DNA of 64,000 nt from the NCBI GenBank assembly GCA_037443445.1, contig JBBIOJ010000008.1, positions 4,122 through 68,121 of the forward strand, in the 5' to 3' direction. The translations under genes were made by a program, and so were the position numbers. Numbering within the stretch: position 1 is the stretch's first letter; each line of letters starts with the position of its first letter. Shown piece after piece: positions 53,355 through 63,217 of the stretch. Under the pieces are notes generated by a model. That model made no database searches and had not been told where the DNA came from. It saw only the letters and a program-made list of their open reading frames with translations. The stretch comes from Desulfarculaceae bacterium (lineage in GTDB: Bacteria; Desulfobacterota; Desulfocorpusculales; Desulfocorpusculum).

Positions 53355-55079
53355 GTGGGAAAGGAAACAAAGCTCTTTCAAATAGGCCAGCCCACAGAGC
53401 GTTCCTTTGGCTGGGGAGATCTGGTTGTTCTCCTGGGGATCATGGGAGCAGCCTATATAGGGGTCAGGCTGGCCCTGGGAAGCCCAAGATCAGTGCAGGG
53501 GCCGGAGATATCCCTGTCCCCCTGGGCTCTTCCGTGGTATGCCTGCCTTTCCATGGGACGAATGGCCGCAGCCTATGCGCTTTCCATGATTTTCTCGCTT
53601 GTTTACGGTTATCTGGCGGCCAGAAGAAAGGGTGCCGAAAGGGTGATGATCCCCCTTTTGGACATCCTCCAGAGCATCCCGCTGCTTTCTTTCTTGCCGG
53701 TGGTGCTGCTGAGCTTCAGGGCCATCTTCCCCCCGGGTGTGGCTGCTGAGCTGGCCTCCATAGTGCTCATCTTTACCAGCCAGGCTTGGAACCTTACCTT
53801 TGCCTGGTATCAGTCATTGCTCACCATCCCCAGGGAACTTAGGGAAGCAGGCCGGGTGCTGCGTATTTCACCCTGGGTGAGGTTTCGGAAGTTGGAGCTT
53901 CCCTTTGCGGCCATAAGCCTCATCTGGAACAGCGTCATGAGCTGGTCCGGAGGCTGGTTTTTCCTCATGGCCGCAGAGATATTCTCTTTGGGGGAGATGG
54001 ATTTCAGGCTTCCCGGGCTGGGAGCATATCTACAGGAGGCTGCCCAGAGGGGGGATGTGGAGGCCATCTTTTGGGGTATGGGTACCCTGGTCTTGGTGAT
54101 AGTGGCATTGGACCAGATAGTGTGGAGGCCGCTTCTGGCCTGGGCGGACAGGTTCAAGCTGGAGATGGTGGAGGCGGAATCCCCTCCTGGCTCATGGTGC
54201 TATGATGCCCTCATGAATTCAGCCCTGGCCAAATGGATGGGGGAAAGACTCTGGGGGCCTTGTCTGGACAGGTTGGATGAACTCTTGAGCCGAGTCTTCC
54301 CGTACAGGGAAGAGGAGAAGGAGGATCGGCCCAGAAGCGGCAGGCTGCAGCTATTTCTGTGGAGCCTGGCCTCGGCCGTGCTCCTGCTGGGGGTTTTCAG
54401 GGCGGGCCACATGATGGCAGGCCTAAGCCTCCCCCAGTGGAGCCAGATCGGTGTCAGCCTGGGGGCCACCCTTCTGAGAGTGATGGCAGCCTTGGGCATT
54501 GCACTGGCCTGGACCCTCCCGGTGGGTGTGGCCATCGGCACAAACCCCAGGCTGGCCGCCTTCCTCCAGCCCTTGGTGCAGATCGCGGCCTCAGTGCCAG
54601 CCACAGCCCTTTTCCCCGTGGTTGTGCTGGTCCTGTACAGACTCCCAGGGGGGATGGACATGGCAGCGGTGCTGCTCATGCTCATGGGCACCCAGTGGTA
54701 CCTGCTCTTCAACGTGATAGCCGGTGCCACAGCCATACCCCAGGATCTCAAGTATACGGCCACCCTCCTGCACTTGGGGAGATGGGGAAAGTGGCGCAGG
54801 CTCATACTGCCGACACTGTTCCCATACCTCATCACAGGCACCATGGTGGCAAGCGGAGGGGCCTGGAACGCCAGCATAGTGGCCGAGTACGCGCATTTCG
54901 GAGGGGAGACCCGCCACACCCCTGGAATAGGCTCCCTCATAGCGCAAGCCACAGCAGAGGCTGATTACTCCTTCCTCCTGGCGGGGACCCTTTCCATGGT
55001 GGTGGTCGTGGTGCTGATCAACAGGCTGGTCTGGAGGCGTCTTTATCAGCGTGCTGAGGAACTCTACAGACTGGAGTGA
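53355..55079 (+). CDS. NitT/TauT-family ABC permease with two TM domains
   Basis: LDILQSIPLL, NSVMSWSGGWFF, GGAWNASIVAE. Confidence 0.9.
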   Translation: MGKETKLFQIGQPTERSFGWGDLVVLLGIMGAAYIGVRLALGSPRSVQGPEISLSPWALPWYACLSMGRMAAAYALSMIFSLVYGYLAARRKGAERVMIPLLDILQSIPLLSFLPVVLLSFRAIFPPGVAAELASIVLIFTSQAWNLTFAWYQSLLTIPRELREAGRVLRISPWVRFRKLELPFAAISLIWNSVMSWSGGWFFLMAAEIFSLGEMDFRLPGLGAYLQEAAQRGDVEAIFWGMGTLVLVIVALDQIVWRPLLAWADRFKLEMVEAESPPGSWCYDALMNSALAKWMGERLWGPCLDRLDELLSRVFPYREEEKEDRPRSGRLQLFLWSLASAVLLLGVFRAGHMMAGLSLPQWSQIGVSLGATLLRVMAALGIALAWTLPVGVAIGTNPRLAAFLQPLVQIAASVPATALFPVVVLVLYRLPGGMDMAAVLLMLMGTQWYLLFNVIAGATAIPQDLKYTATLLHLGRWGKWRRLILPTLFPYLITGTMVASGGAWNASIVAEYAHFGGETRHTPGIGSLIAQATAEADYSFLLAGTLSMVVVVVLINRLVWRRLYQRAEELYRLE

Positions 55080-55082
55080 GCC

Positions 55083-56399
55083 ATGGCCGGCAACGGTGTG
55101 CTTCTGGATCTTCAGAACATTCGGCAGGTGTACGGAACCGGGCCCAGGGCCTTCACCGCAGTGGAGGACGTGAGCTTCTCGGTCAACGACGGGGAATTCG
55201 TGGCCCTGTTGGGACCTTCAGGCTGCGGCAAGAGCACCTTGCTCAGGATAATCGCAGGACTTCAAAGACCCACTTCGGGCAAAGTCCTGTACAGAGGAAA
55301 GCCGCTCCATGGGGTGAACCCTTATGCCTCCATAATATTCCAAACCTTTGCCTTGTTCCCTTGGCTCACGGTGCAGGAGAACGTGGAGGTGGCTCTTCAG
55401 GCCAGGGGGGTTCCCTCCAAGCTCAGGGCCGCCAGGGCCTTGGATCTCCTGGACCGGGTAGGTCTGGACGGGTTCGAGACCGCTTACCCCAGGGAACTCT
55501 CGGCAGGAATGCGCCAGAAAGTGGGTTTTGCCAGGGCCATGGCCGTGGAGCCGGAACTTCTCTGCCTGGACGAGCCTTTCTCCAGCCTGGATGTGCTCTC
55601 TGCGGATGCCTTGCGAGGGGAACTCTTGGAGCTCTGGCTCAGCGGGAACATGCCCACCAAGGCAATGCTCATGGTGACCCACGACATAGAGGAGGCGGTT
55701 TTCATGGCGGGCCGTGTGATTCTCATGGAGAAGAGCCCGGGCAGGGTCATCACCGATATAACCATTCCCCTTGCCCAGCCAAGGGCAAAAAAGGAAACAA
55801 AGTTCCTGGAGATAGTGGACAGGGTCTACGCCATCCTGGCCGGGCAGACCCAGCCCGAGCACGTGGAGCTGGGCACAGCCCCGGGTGAGCCGGGCCGCAC
55901 CAGGGCCCTGCCCCACATCACCATAAACGACCTGGCGGGCCTCCTGGAGCATTTGAGCGACCTGCCAGCCAACCGGGCTGATCTTTACCAGCTGGCTCAG
56001 GACCTGAAGGTGAATTCAGACCAGCTACTTAGTCTCACAGAGGCAGCAGAGCTCCTGGGCTTTGCCACTGTGGCCCAGGGTGACATAATGCTGACAGCCT
56101 TGGGGGAGACCTTTGCAGAGGCGAGCATCCTGGCCCGAAAGGAGATCTTTGCCACTCGCATCAGGAGGCTTCCCATCTTCAAGTGGCTTCTTAGCATGCT
56201 CAAGAAGGCCGAAAAACACCAGCTCAAGTGGGACGTGGTCCAGACCGCCTTGGAGCTGGAGTTCCCAGAGGAGGAAGCCTACAGACAGCTTGACACTGCC
56301 GTGGACTGGGGCCGATACGCCGAGATCCTGGCCTACGAGGACGCAAGTGAGGTGATCTATCTGGAGCCCCTGGCCTCGCAGGCCGCCAGGCCGGCTTAG
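55083..56399 (+). CDS. NitT/TauT-family ABC ATP-binding protein with C-terminal AAA-associated domain
   Basis: GPSGCGKS, LSAGMRQKV, DEPFSSLD, WGRYAE. Confidence 0.92.
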   Translation: MAGNGVLLDLQNIRQVYGTGPRAFTAVEDVSFSVNDGEFVALLGPSGCGKSTLLRIIAGLQRPTSGKVLYRGKPLHGVNPYASIIFQTFALFPWLTVQENVEVALQARGVPSKLRAARALDLLDRVGLDGFETAYPRELSAGMRQKVGFARAMAVEPELLCLDEPFSSLDVLSADALRGELLELWLSGNMPTKAMLMVTHDIEEAVFMAGRVILMEKSPGRVITDITIPLAQPRAKKETKFLEIVDRVYAILAGQTQPEHVELGTAPGEPGRTRALPHITINDLAGLLEHLSDLPANRADLYQLAQDLKVNSDQLLSLTEAAELLGFATVAQGDIMLTALGETFAEASILARKEIFATRIRRLPIFKWLLSMLKKAEKHQLKWDVVQTALELEFPEEEAYRQLDTAVDWGRYAEILAYEDASEVIYLEPLASQAARPA

Positions 56400-57715
56400 G
56401 ATGAGGTGGTCAGGAAAGGAAGGAGTCTTTGGGCCACGGCCAGAAGTTCCTCCTCCTGCATCCACTTCCCCACCAACTGCACGCCCATGGGCAAGCCCTC
56501 GGGAGTCTTTCCCGCAGGGATGGAGAGAGCCGGCAGCCCGGCATGGGTCCAGGGCAGGTTCATTATGGACTCCCCGGTGCTGTGAAGTCCCAGGGGAGCT
56601 GGGCCCACAGTGGCCGGGGCCAGCCAAACGGCCAGCCCCTCCCTCTCCATCACCTCGCCGAGGGTTTCTCGGAGACGGATTCGGCTGAGCCTGTAGGTCT
56701 CCAATTCCTTGGGCGGAACAGTCATACCCCTCTCCATGAGGGCCTTGGTCTCTTTGCGGTAACGGGATCCGAACTCCTTGAACCACCTCCGGTGAACCCA
56801 GGCTGCCTCCCCTGCCAAGAGACGATGGTGCCTGTGGGCTATCTCCTCGAAATTCTCCATTACCTTAAGGAGCTTTATCCTGAAGCCCGCTTCCAGCAGC
56901 CTGCCCATCACCCCTTGGAGGTGATCCAGGCAGCGCTGGCCTGCCCGCCTGATGTAAGGGCCATCTGGAATCCCTATGAGGGGCTCCTCTATAGTGGTGG
57001 ATTCTCTCCAGTCATGGCACAGGAGCGAGGCTGCCAGCGCCATGCCTTCCAGGTCCCTGGTGAAGAGCCCCACGTGGTCCAGGGAGGGGGAAAGGGGAAT
57101 GCTTCCCTCTGTGGGAATTCGGCCAAAACTCGGCTTGAACCCCACCACTCCACAGAAAGCCGCAGGCCTTAGGACGGAGCCCACGGTCTGGGTGCCTATG
57201 GCCAACGGGCACATTGCGCAAGCCACTGCAGCTGCGGAACCGCTACTGGAGCCCCCTGGGGTTCTGTCCAAGTCATGGGGGTTGCGGGTGGGGGCAGGAG
57301 CCAGATACGCGAACTCAGAGGTGTGCGTCTTGCCCAGGACCAGGGCCCCGAGTCCCCTCAGCCTTCGAACCAAAGGACCCTCTGGGCCGGCCAGGACCTC
57401 AGGTGGCAGCAAGCTCCCCGCCCTGGTGGGGAAGCCCTCCACGTGGATCACGTCCTTGACTCCCACGGGTATTGCGTAAAGGGGAGGCCTCTTGCCTGGC
57501 TCAGGGAAGCCTGCCTCCAGGCTCTCCAGCTCTTTTTCCAGCCTGCTGAAGGGGTCTTGGGCCTCAGGCACAAATGCCTGCACCAGAGGTTCCAGGCGAG
57601 AAAACCTTCTTTTGAGGAGCTGCAGGTAGTGATTTGGGTGCAGGTCTCCCATGGCCAGGGCTCTTACCAGCTCTGCCAGCCCCTCCAGGGGGGTGTTGGG
57701 AAGGACGTTTTTCAT
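56396..57715 (-). CDS. Amidase-signature-family protein
   Basis: GVKD, TPGGSSSGSAAAV, GTQTVGSVLRPAAFCG. Confidence 0.92.
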   Translation of the reverse strand: MKNVLPNTPLEGLAELVRALAMGDLHPNHYLQLLKRRFSRLEPLVQAFVPEAQDPFSRLEKELESLEAGFPEPGKRPPLYAIPVGVKDVIHVEGFPTRAGSLLPPEVLAGPEGPLVRRLRGLGALVLGKTHTSEFAYLAPAPTRNPHDLDRTPGGSSSGSAAAVACAMCPLAIGTQTVGSVLRPAAFCGVVGFKPSFGRIPTEGSIPLSPSLDHVGLFTRDLEGMALAASLLCHDWRESTTIEEPLIGIPDGPYIRRAGQRCLDHLQGVMGRLLEAGFRIKLLKVMENFEEIAHRHHRLLAGEAAWVHRRWFKEFGSRYRKETKALMERGMTVPPKELETYRLSRIRLRETLGEVMEREGLAVWLAPATVGPAPLGLHSTGESIMNLPWTHAGLPALSIPAGKTPEGLPMGVQLVGKWMQEEELLAVAQRLLPFLTTSS

Positions 57716-57983
57716 CTTGCCGGCCTTTTCCCTCCGAGAGTGCATGGATTTTGGTTGTGAGCTGGGGCCTTGTCAAGGAGTAAAAGGATTCCAGGCGAGG
57801 GAACATTTCTCATGGCTCGGGCAAGAAGCTCAACCCGCATTGTTCAGGAGCAGTGGATGTTTAACGTTAACTCATGGGTTTGTTTGCCCTGAGCCGGGTG
57901 TGTTTCAGAGCAGTCTTACTCTGATATGGGACCTAAAAGAGGCTCTCAGCCTGGGGGCCAAAGCAAAGGGAGAGCAGGCAAGA

Positions 57984-59459
57984 TCAGGGAACGCGGCGGT
58001 CTTGAAGGCGCTCCTTATTGATCTGCTTGATTTTCTCTTCCACCAAGCTGGTGTCGTACCCTGGGCAGAGCTGCTTTAGGCTATTGAGCATGTGCTCTAT
58101 GCCTGCCAGATAGGCAGCCGCTTCCATATTCCCCCAGATCTCGGTGTTGAACTTGTTGAAGCGGGCCTTGTCTGTCCGACATTGGAACAAGTGGGTGTTT
58201 TCATGCCTCAATATGCCTTCGACCACCTCCACAGGAATACATTTTCTGAGCGAGTCCTGCCGATAGGCTTTTTCAGCCTCTTCACCCTTCTTGCCTTGGT
58301 AGATCAGCTCGCACTTTGAGTTCACACCGATTTCGTCGCCCATGGGAGAGGCTTGGCTCCAGGGAGAAGACTCGGGTTTGTGAATTTCATAGGCTTTTTC
58401 ATCCACGTACTCTTTGTACTTCTCTATGTCGGAGGTTCTCTTCCTTGTGGCAGGGTCCAAATAGGCCTGGGTGTAAGCCAAGTCGTTGAGAATGGTCTGG
58501 ATCAGGTCTTCACAGGGTTCCCTGGGTTTGAATTCCCAATGCACGGTACAGATCTGTTCCAGATGGGGCTTTTTTTCCTGGAACAAGGTGTGGGAACCGC
58601 TGCAGCCCCGTGGGTCGAACTCCATGTGCCAGGATGCGAAAGTGCCCGGCAGCTTAGCCAAAACATAGGGACGGGTCAAGACTGTGGTGTTTGGGGAAAT
58701 GGAACCAACAGCAGCCCCAGCATGCTCCTGCCCTGGGGCCACTGGCTGGAATTCAATACGCTTTTCAGTGGTCTGTGCTGTGCACACATCGTGCCTCTGG
58801 GTGAGGCTGTAGCCTTCGATGGCATCGTAGACTAACGCCTCAAAGCTGCAAAGGTAGCGGCCAGCCCATTTGCATGTACCCGCCTTTGTTCTGGGCTCAG
58901 TGCCCGAAGGCTCCCTCGGGATAAAAATCATGGTGAAAGAAGGCTTGTAATTGCTGTTGAGCTTGAATTGTCTTTGGGCTTGGGCTGGTTCCAAGAAGAC
59001 TCTGGTTTGTTTTTCCACTGTCCTTTCCCAGTTGCCCGGCCTCTCGATACGCACATTCCCCCGTGTGCGGTGAACCGGAGAGCAATCGGTTGACTTGTAA
59101 ACGACCTTCACGTCCTGTTGTTCGAGCATATCAACTTCGTGGCTCGCTCCCAGGACGGCTGTTTGCCCCTCATACAAACAGACTCTTGCCTTGGTCTTTA
59201 CGAAATGGCGCGTGGTTCGGGGTATCCCGGAGATGGTGGCGCCCGAGGGGGCATGGAGCTCACCGGCATCCTTGTTCAGCCGGTATTCCACAGTGATCTC
59301 CCCTTCCAGCTGGGAACTGCAGCCCAAAGAAGGTTGGGGTTGCCAGACCATGCAGAAAATGGCTATCAGGGACGCGCTGAGAATTGTCAGAAGCGGTTTT
59401 TTCAGGCTCCCCTCCCTTGAGAATGGCAGGAGCTTATCTGGATGGGATTCTCGGCCCAA
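57984..59459 (-). CDS. Secreted Cys-rich hypothetical protein with a C-terminal HExxH motif
   Basis: Signal-like KKPLLTILSASLIAIFC, RHENTH...EAAAY. Visibly more AT-rich than its neighbours. Start is TTG 59459 or CTG 59405. Confidence 0.75.
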   Translation of the reverse strand: MGRESHPDKLLPFSREGSLKKPLLTILSASLIAIFCMVWQPQPSLGCSSQLEGEITVEYRLNKDAGELHAPSGATISGIPRTTRHFVKTKARVCLYEGQTAVLGASHEVDMLEQQDVKVVYKSTDCSPVHRTRGNVRIERPGNWERTVEKQTRVFLEPAQAQRQFKLNSNYKPSFTMIFIPREPSGTEPRTKAGTCKWAGRYLCSFEALVYDAIEGYSLTQRHDVCTAQTTEKRIEFQPVAPGQEHAGAAVGSISPNTTVLTRPYVLAKLPGTFASWHMEFDPRGCSGSHTLFQEKKPHLEQICTVHWEFKPREPCEDLIQTILNDLAYTQAYLDPATRKRTSDIEKYKEYVDEKAYEIHKPESSPWSQASPMGDEIGVNSKCELIYQGKKGEEAEKAYRQDSLRKCIPVEVVEGILRHENTHLFQCRTDKARFNKFNTEIWGNMEAAAYLAGIEHMLNSLKQLCPGYDTSLVEEKIKQINKERLQDRRVP

Positions 59460-59612
59460 GAGCCTGACTCCCCCCCGGGGGCTACACCCAGGGCAAGCCC
59501 TGGAGAACGCTCTTAGGCTTACACCTCCTCCGGGGTGGAGGTCAAGAAAGAAGATTGTTGACGTGCCTGGTCTTGGGCTCTATAAGATAAGGAAACCAGC
59601 TCATGCCCCCAG

Positions 59613-60608
59613 ATGGAGAAACCCATGTGCCAGCGTATCATAATCGACACAGACCCGGGAGTGGACGACGCCCTGGCCCTGATCCTGGCCCTGAGGTCCC
59701 CTGAGGTAAGGCTGGAGGCAGTCACCACCGTGGGAGGAAACGTGGAGCTGGAGCAAACCACGAGAAACGCTCTCAGAGTGCTTCAGCTCTTGGAGCCCTT
59801 CCCCCGACCTGTCTTGGCAAGAGGCGGCTCCCCGCCGGCCAAGAGGGGCGTGCTGAGGCCCCGATCGGTCCACGGAAAGGACGGACTAGGGGAGCTACAC
59901 AGGTTCCTGGAGCCGGATGGGTCCCCTGTGTACCCAGAGGTGCAGGTTCCCGGGGACCTGCCCAGGGCCCTGGATGTGGTAGCTGACCTTCTGGAAAGGT
60001 ACCCAGGCGAAATCCTCATGATAAGCCTGGGACCGCTTACAAACCTGGCAGAGCTTCTCAGGAGAGCTCCGGAGAAGGCCAGGAGACTAAAAGGGGTCAT
60101 AGCCATGGGAGGTGCCATGGGCTGCTGCGGGAATGTGACCCCTGTTGCAGAGTTCAACATGTACGCAGACCCGGAGGCTGCCCAGAGGGTCTTTTCCTCT
60201 GGGCTTCCCCTGAGCTTGGTAGGCTTAGATGTGACCAGGCAGGTGAGGCTCAACAGACAGGACCTGGAGAGGGTACCAGGGGCAGGGGAGGATCCTGTGG
60301 TGAGGTTCCTCAAGCATTCAACCCAAAATGTGCTTGAGTTCATGGAGCAAAGGGAAGGGGTTTCCTCCATGGCCCTTCATGATCCCCTGGCTGTGGGGGT
60401 GGCCATAGATCCAGATCTTGTGAAAATGGTGCCCCTGCACGTGGAGGTAGAAACCCGAGGAAGAATAACTTATGGGATGACGGTGGCGGACACAAGACCC
60501 ATAAAGCCTTGTTTCAAAAGGCCTCCCAACCTCCAGGCGGCCCTGGAGGTGGACGCCCGCCGATTCCTGGCCCTTTTCAAGGAGAGGATATGCCCAGGGT
60601 GGTCGTGA
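59613..60608 (+). CDS. Nucleoside hydrolase (IU-NH family)
   Basis: DTDPGVDD, HGKDGLG, GPLTN, AEFN...DPEAA, LHDPLAV. Confidence 0.93.
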   Translation: MEKPMCQRIIIDTDPGVDDALALILALRSPEVRLEAVTTVGGNVELEQTTRNALRVLQLLEPFPRPVLARGGSPPAKRGVLRPRSVHGKDGLGELHRFLEPDGSPVYPEVQVPGDLPRALDVVADLLERYPGEILMISLGPLTNLAELLRRAPEKARRLKGVIAMGGAMGCCGNVTPVAEFNMYADPEAAQRVFSSGLPLSLVGLDVTRQVRLNRQDLERVPGAGEDPVVRFLKHSTQNVLEFMEQREGVSSMALHDPLAVGVAIDPDLVKMVPLHVEVETRGRITYGMTVADTRPIKPCFKRPPNLQAALEVDARRFLALFKERICPGWS

Positions 60609-61510
60609 TAGGCTCTGCCAACGTGGACCTCACGGTGAGACTACCCAGACTTCCAAAAGCAGGGGAGACGGTCTCAGGCGGGGAGTTCTACAAGTGTTTC
60701 GGTGGGAAAGGGGCCAATCAGGCAGTGGCGGCAATGAGGGCAGGGGCTGAAGTGAAGTTCTTGGCCAAGCTGGGCCAGGATGTCATGGGCAATGAGCTGA
60801 GGGCTCATCTGGAGGGGCTGGGTCTCCCAGGCCAATATCTCATTACCCAGCAGAGCGCACCCACGGGCACGGCCCTGATTCTGGTGGACCTGCAAGGCAG
60901 GAACCTGATAGGAGTGGCCCCTGGGGCCAACAGCTCCTTGAGCCGGCAGGAGGTGATCTCTTCCGCAGAGCTCTTCCAGTGGGGGGAGCTTCTTCTGTGC
61001 CAGCTGGAGGTGCCGCTAGAAGCAGTGGAGACGGCCTTGGAGCTGGCCAAGAAAAGTGGCATGGTCACGATGCTGAACCCTGCCCCTGTAAAGCAGCTGC
61101 CCAAAGAGACCTTGCGGTTGGTGGATGTCATAACACCCAACGAGGGGGAGGCCATGGCCCTGGCCGGCTCGGCCAGCCCGGAGGCTGCGGCCCGCAGGCT
61201 TTGGGAAATGGGCCCCTCCGAGGTGATTCTGACCCTGGGGGAGAGGGGCGTCATGTTCCTCAGGCAGGGAGAGCCATGCTTCCTGCCTTCTTACAAGGTG
61301 AAGGCCGTGGACACAACCGGCTGCGGGGATGCCTTCAATGGTGCCCTGGCCTGCGCCTTGGCAGAGGGCAAAAGCCTGGAGGAGGCCCTCGGCTTTGCTG
61401 TTGCGGCTGGGGCCTTGGCAGCCACCGTGAAAGGGGCTCAGGATGCCATGCCCTCCAGAGAGGGGATACTAGGGCTCATGAGGGCTCAAGGGGCACTTTA
61501 CGAAGCATGA
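60590..61510 (+). CDS. rbsK: Ribokinase
   Basis: GSANVD, GGKGANQAVA, PNEGEA, DTTGCGDAF. Confidence 0.92.
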   Translation: MPRVVVIGSANVDLTVRLPRLPKAGETVSGGEFYKCFGGKGANQAVAAMRAGAEVKFLAKLGQDVMGNELRAHLEGLGLPGQYLITQQSAPTGTALILVDLQGRNLIGVAPGANSSLSRQEVISSAELFQWGELLLCQLEVPLEAVETALELAKKSGMVTMLNPAPVKQLPKETLRLVDVITPNEGEAMALAGSASPEAAARRLWEMGPSEVILTLGERGVMFLRQGEPCFLPSYKVKAVDTTGCGDAFNGALACALAEGKSLEEALGFAVAAGALAATVKGAQDAMPSREGILGLMRAQGALYEA

Positions 61511-61600
61511 CTTATGGATTAGTCTTAAGCCAAAGCTCGGAGCCGACGAAAATTCCGGTTGCCCGCAAGGGAGCGGGCCTCCAGCCAGGAGAAACCAGCC

Positions 61601-63097
61601 ATGAAAGTGCTCTTGGTTTACCCCAGGTACCCTGACACCTTTTGGAGTTTCCGCTATGCCCTCAAGTTCATTTCTCGAAAGGCGGCCTTTCCTCCCCTGG
61701 GCCTTATCACAGTGGCTTCCCTGATGCCTGAGACTTGGGAGAAGAAACTGGTGGACTTGAATGTGAGGAAGCTCCAGGAAAAGGACCTGGAAGGGGTGGA
61801 CTACGTTTTTTTGAGCGCAATGCTGGTACAGCAGGAAAGCGTGAGGGAAGTGGTGGACTTCTGCCACTCCAGGGGTGTGCCGGTGGTGGCGGGGGGACCC
61901 CTCTTCATGGTCTCCCAGGAGGGCGAGTTCTCAGACGTGGACCATCTTGTGCTGGGAGAAGCCGAGGTCACCTTCCCCATGTTTCTCAAGGACCTGGAAG
62001 CTGGCCAACTCAAGAGGGTGTACAGCTCTGATGAGAGGCCGGATCTGAGCCTGACTCCGCTGCCTTCCTGGGACCTCATATCTTTCAAGAACTACGCCAC
62101 CATGCCGGTTCAATATTCCAGGGGCTGTCCGTTTAATTGCGATTTCTGCGACATAATAATCATGAACGGGCGGGTTCCCCGCACCAAGAGCGACGAACAG
62201 CTGCTTCGGGAACTGGATGCCCTTTACCAAAGAGGCTGGCGCGGTGCGGTCTTCATCGTGGACGACAACTTCATCGGCCACAAGAACAAAGTAAAAAAGC
62301 TCCTTCCCATGGTAATAGAATGGAACCGCAGGAGAAGGTACCCCTTCAACTTCATAACAGAGGCCTCCTTGAATCTGGCTGATGACGAAGAGCTTCTCAG
62401 CTTAATGGCCCAGGCCAATTTCTCCCAGGTATTTCTTGGTCTGGAAACCCCCAACGAGGGCAGCTTAAACGAGTGCAACAAGCTGCAGAACACCCAGAGG
62501 GATCTAGTGGCTTCTGTAAAGAAGATTCAACGCGCTGGGATAGAAGTCTTGGGCGGATTCATTGTGGGATTCGACAGCGATCCTCCCAACATCTTCGAAC
62601 AGCAGATACAGTTCATCCACAGGATTGGGGTTGTGACGGCCATGGTTGGGGTGCTTCAGGCAGTTCCAGGCACCAGACTCTACCAGAAGTTGAAGGAGCA
62701 AGGCAGGCTCCTCATGAATCCCTCCGGGAACCACACGGATGGTAGGCTCAACTTCATCCCCAAGATGGACACCAAGGCCCTCCTGGAAGGCTACCGCAGG
62801 ATCATAGACACCATCTACTCCCCCAGAAACTACTACGAGAGGGTCCTGACCTTTCTCAAAGAGTACAGACCGTGCTCCAAGGGAAGAAGGATTCACTTTC
62901 GCGACCTCAAGGCCTTCCTGAAATCCCTTTTCGTGCTGGGTCTCCTGGAAGAGGAAAGGCGCTATTACTGGAGACTCCTCACCAAGGCTTTTGTACGGTA
63001 CAGAAAGGCCTTCCCTGAGGCTGTGGCAGCAACCATCTACGGGTACCATTTCCGAAAGGTGCTGGGTGCCCAGGCAGCCCGGGAAAGAAAGCCCTGA
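61601..63097 (+). CDS. Cobalamin-binding-domain radical SAM protein (DUF4070-type)
   Basis: PPLGL, SRGCPFNCDFC, VDDNF, GFIVGFDSD. Confidence 0.92.
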   Translation: MKVLLVYPRYPDTFWSFRYALKFISRKAAFPPLGLITVASLMPETWEKKLVDLNVRKLQEKDLEGVDYVFLSAMLVQQESVREVVDFCHSRGVPVVAGGPLFMVSQEGEFSDVDHLVLGEAEVTFPMFLKDLEAGQLKRVYSSDERPDLSLTPLPSWDLISFKNYATMPVQYSRGCPFNCDFCDIIIMNGRVPRTKSDEQLLRELDALYQRGWRGAVFIVDDNFIGHKNKVKKLLPMVIEWNRRRRYPFNFITEASLNLADDEELLSLMAQANFSQVFLGLETPNEGSLNECNKLQNTQRDLVASVKKIQRAGIEVLGGFIVGFDSDPPNIFEQQIQFIHRIGVVTAMVGVLQAVPGTRLYQKLKEQGRLLMNPSGNHTDGRLNFIPKMDTKALLEGYRRIIDTIYSPRNYYERVLTFLKEYRPCSKGRRIHFRDLKAFLKSLFVLGLLEEERRYYWRLLTKAFVRYRKAFPEAVAATIYGYHFRKVLGAQAARERKP

Positions 63098-63217
63098 ACC
63101 GGGCTTTGCTGGGGCATGGCCGGACCAATGAAACGGCTGCGGCCTCCTGCCGGCCGGGCTGCAAAGGGCGCGGAAAAGCCCGGGTCTTTTCTCAAATTAG
63201 CGCCGCCGTGCTCTAAG

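Noticed and set aside
57814-57895. c-di-GMP-I riboswitch (GGGCAAAC on the minus strand, within a long hairpin)
   Set aside because: It lacks the GAAA tetraloop stem and the GACGCAAAG junction. It is only an imperfect hairpin of unknown meaning.
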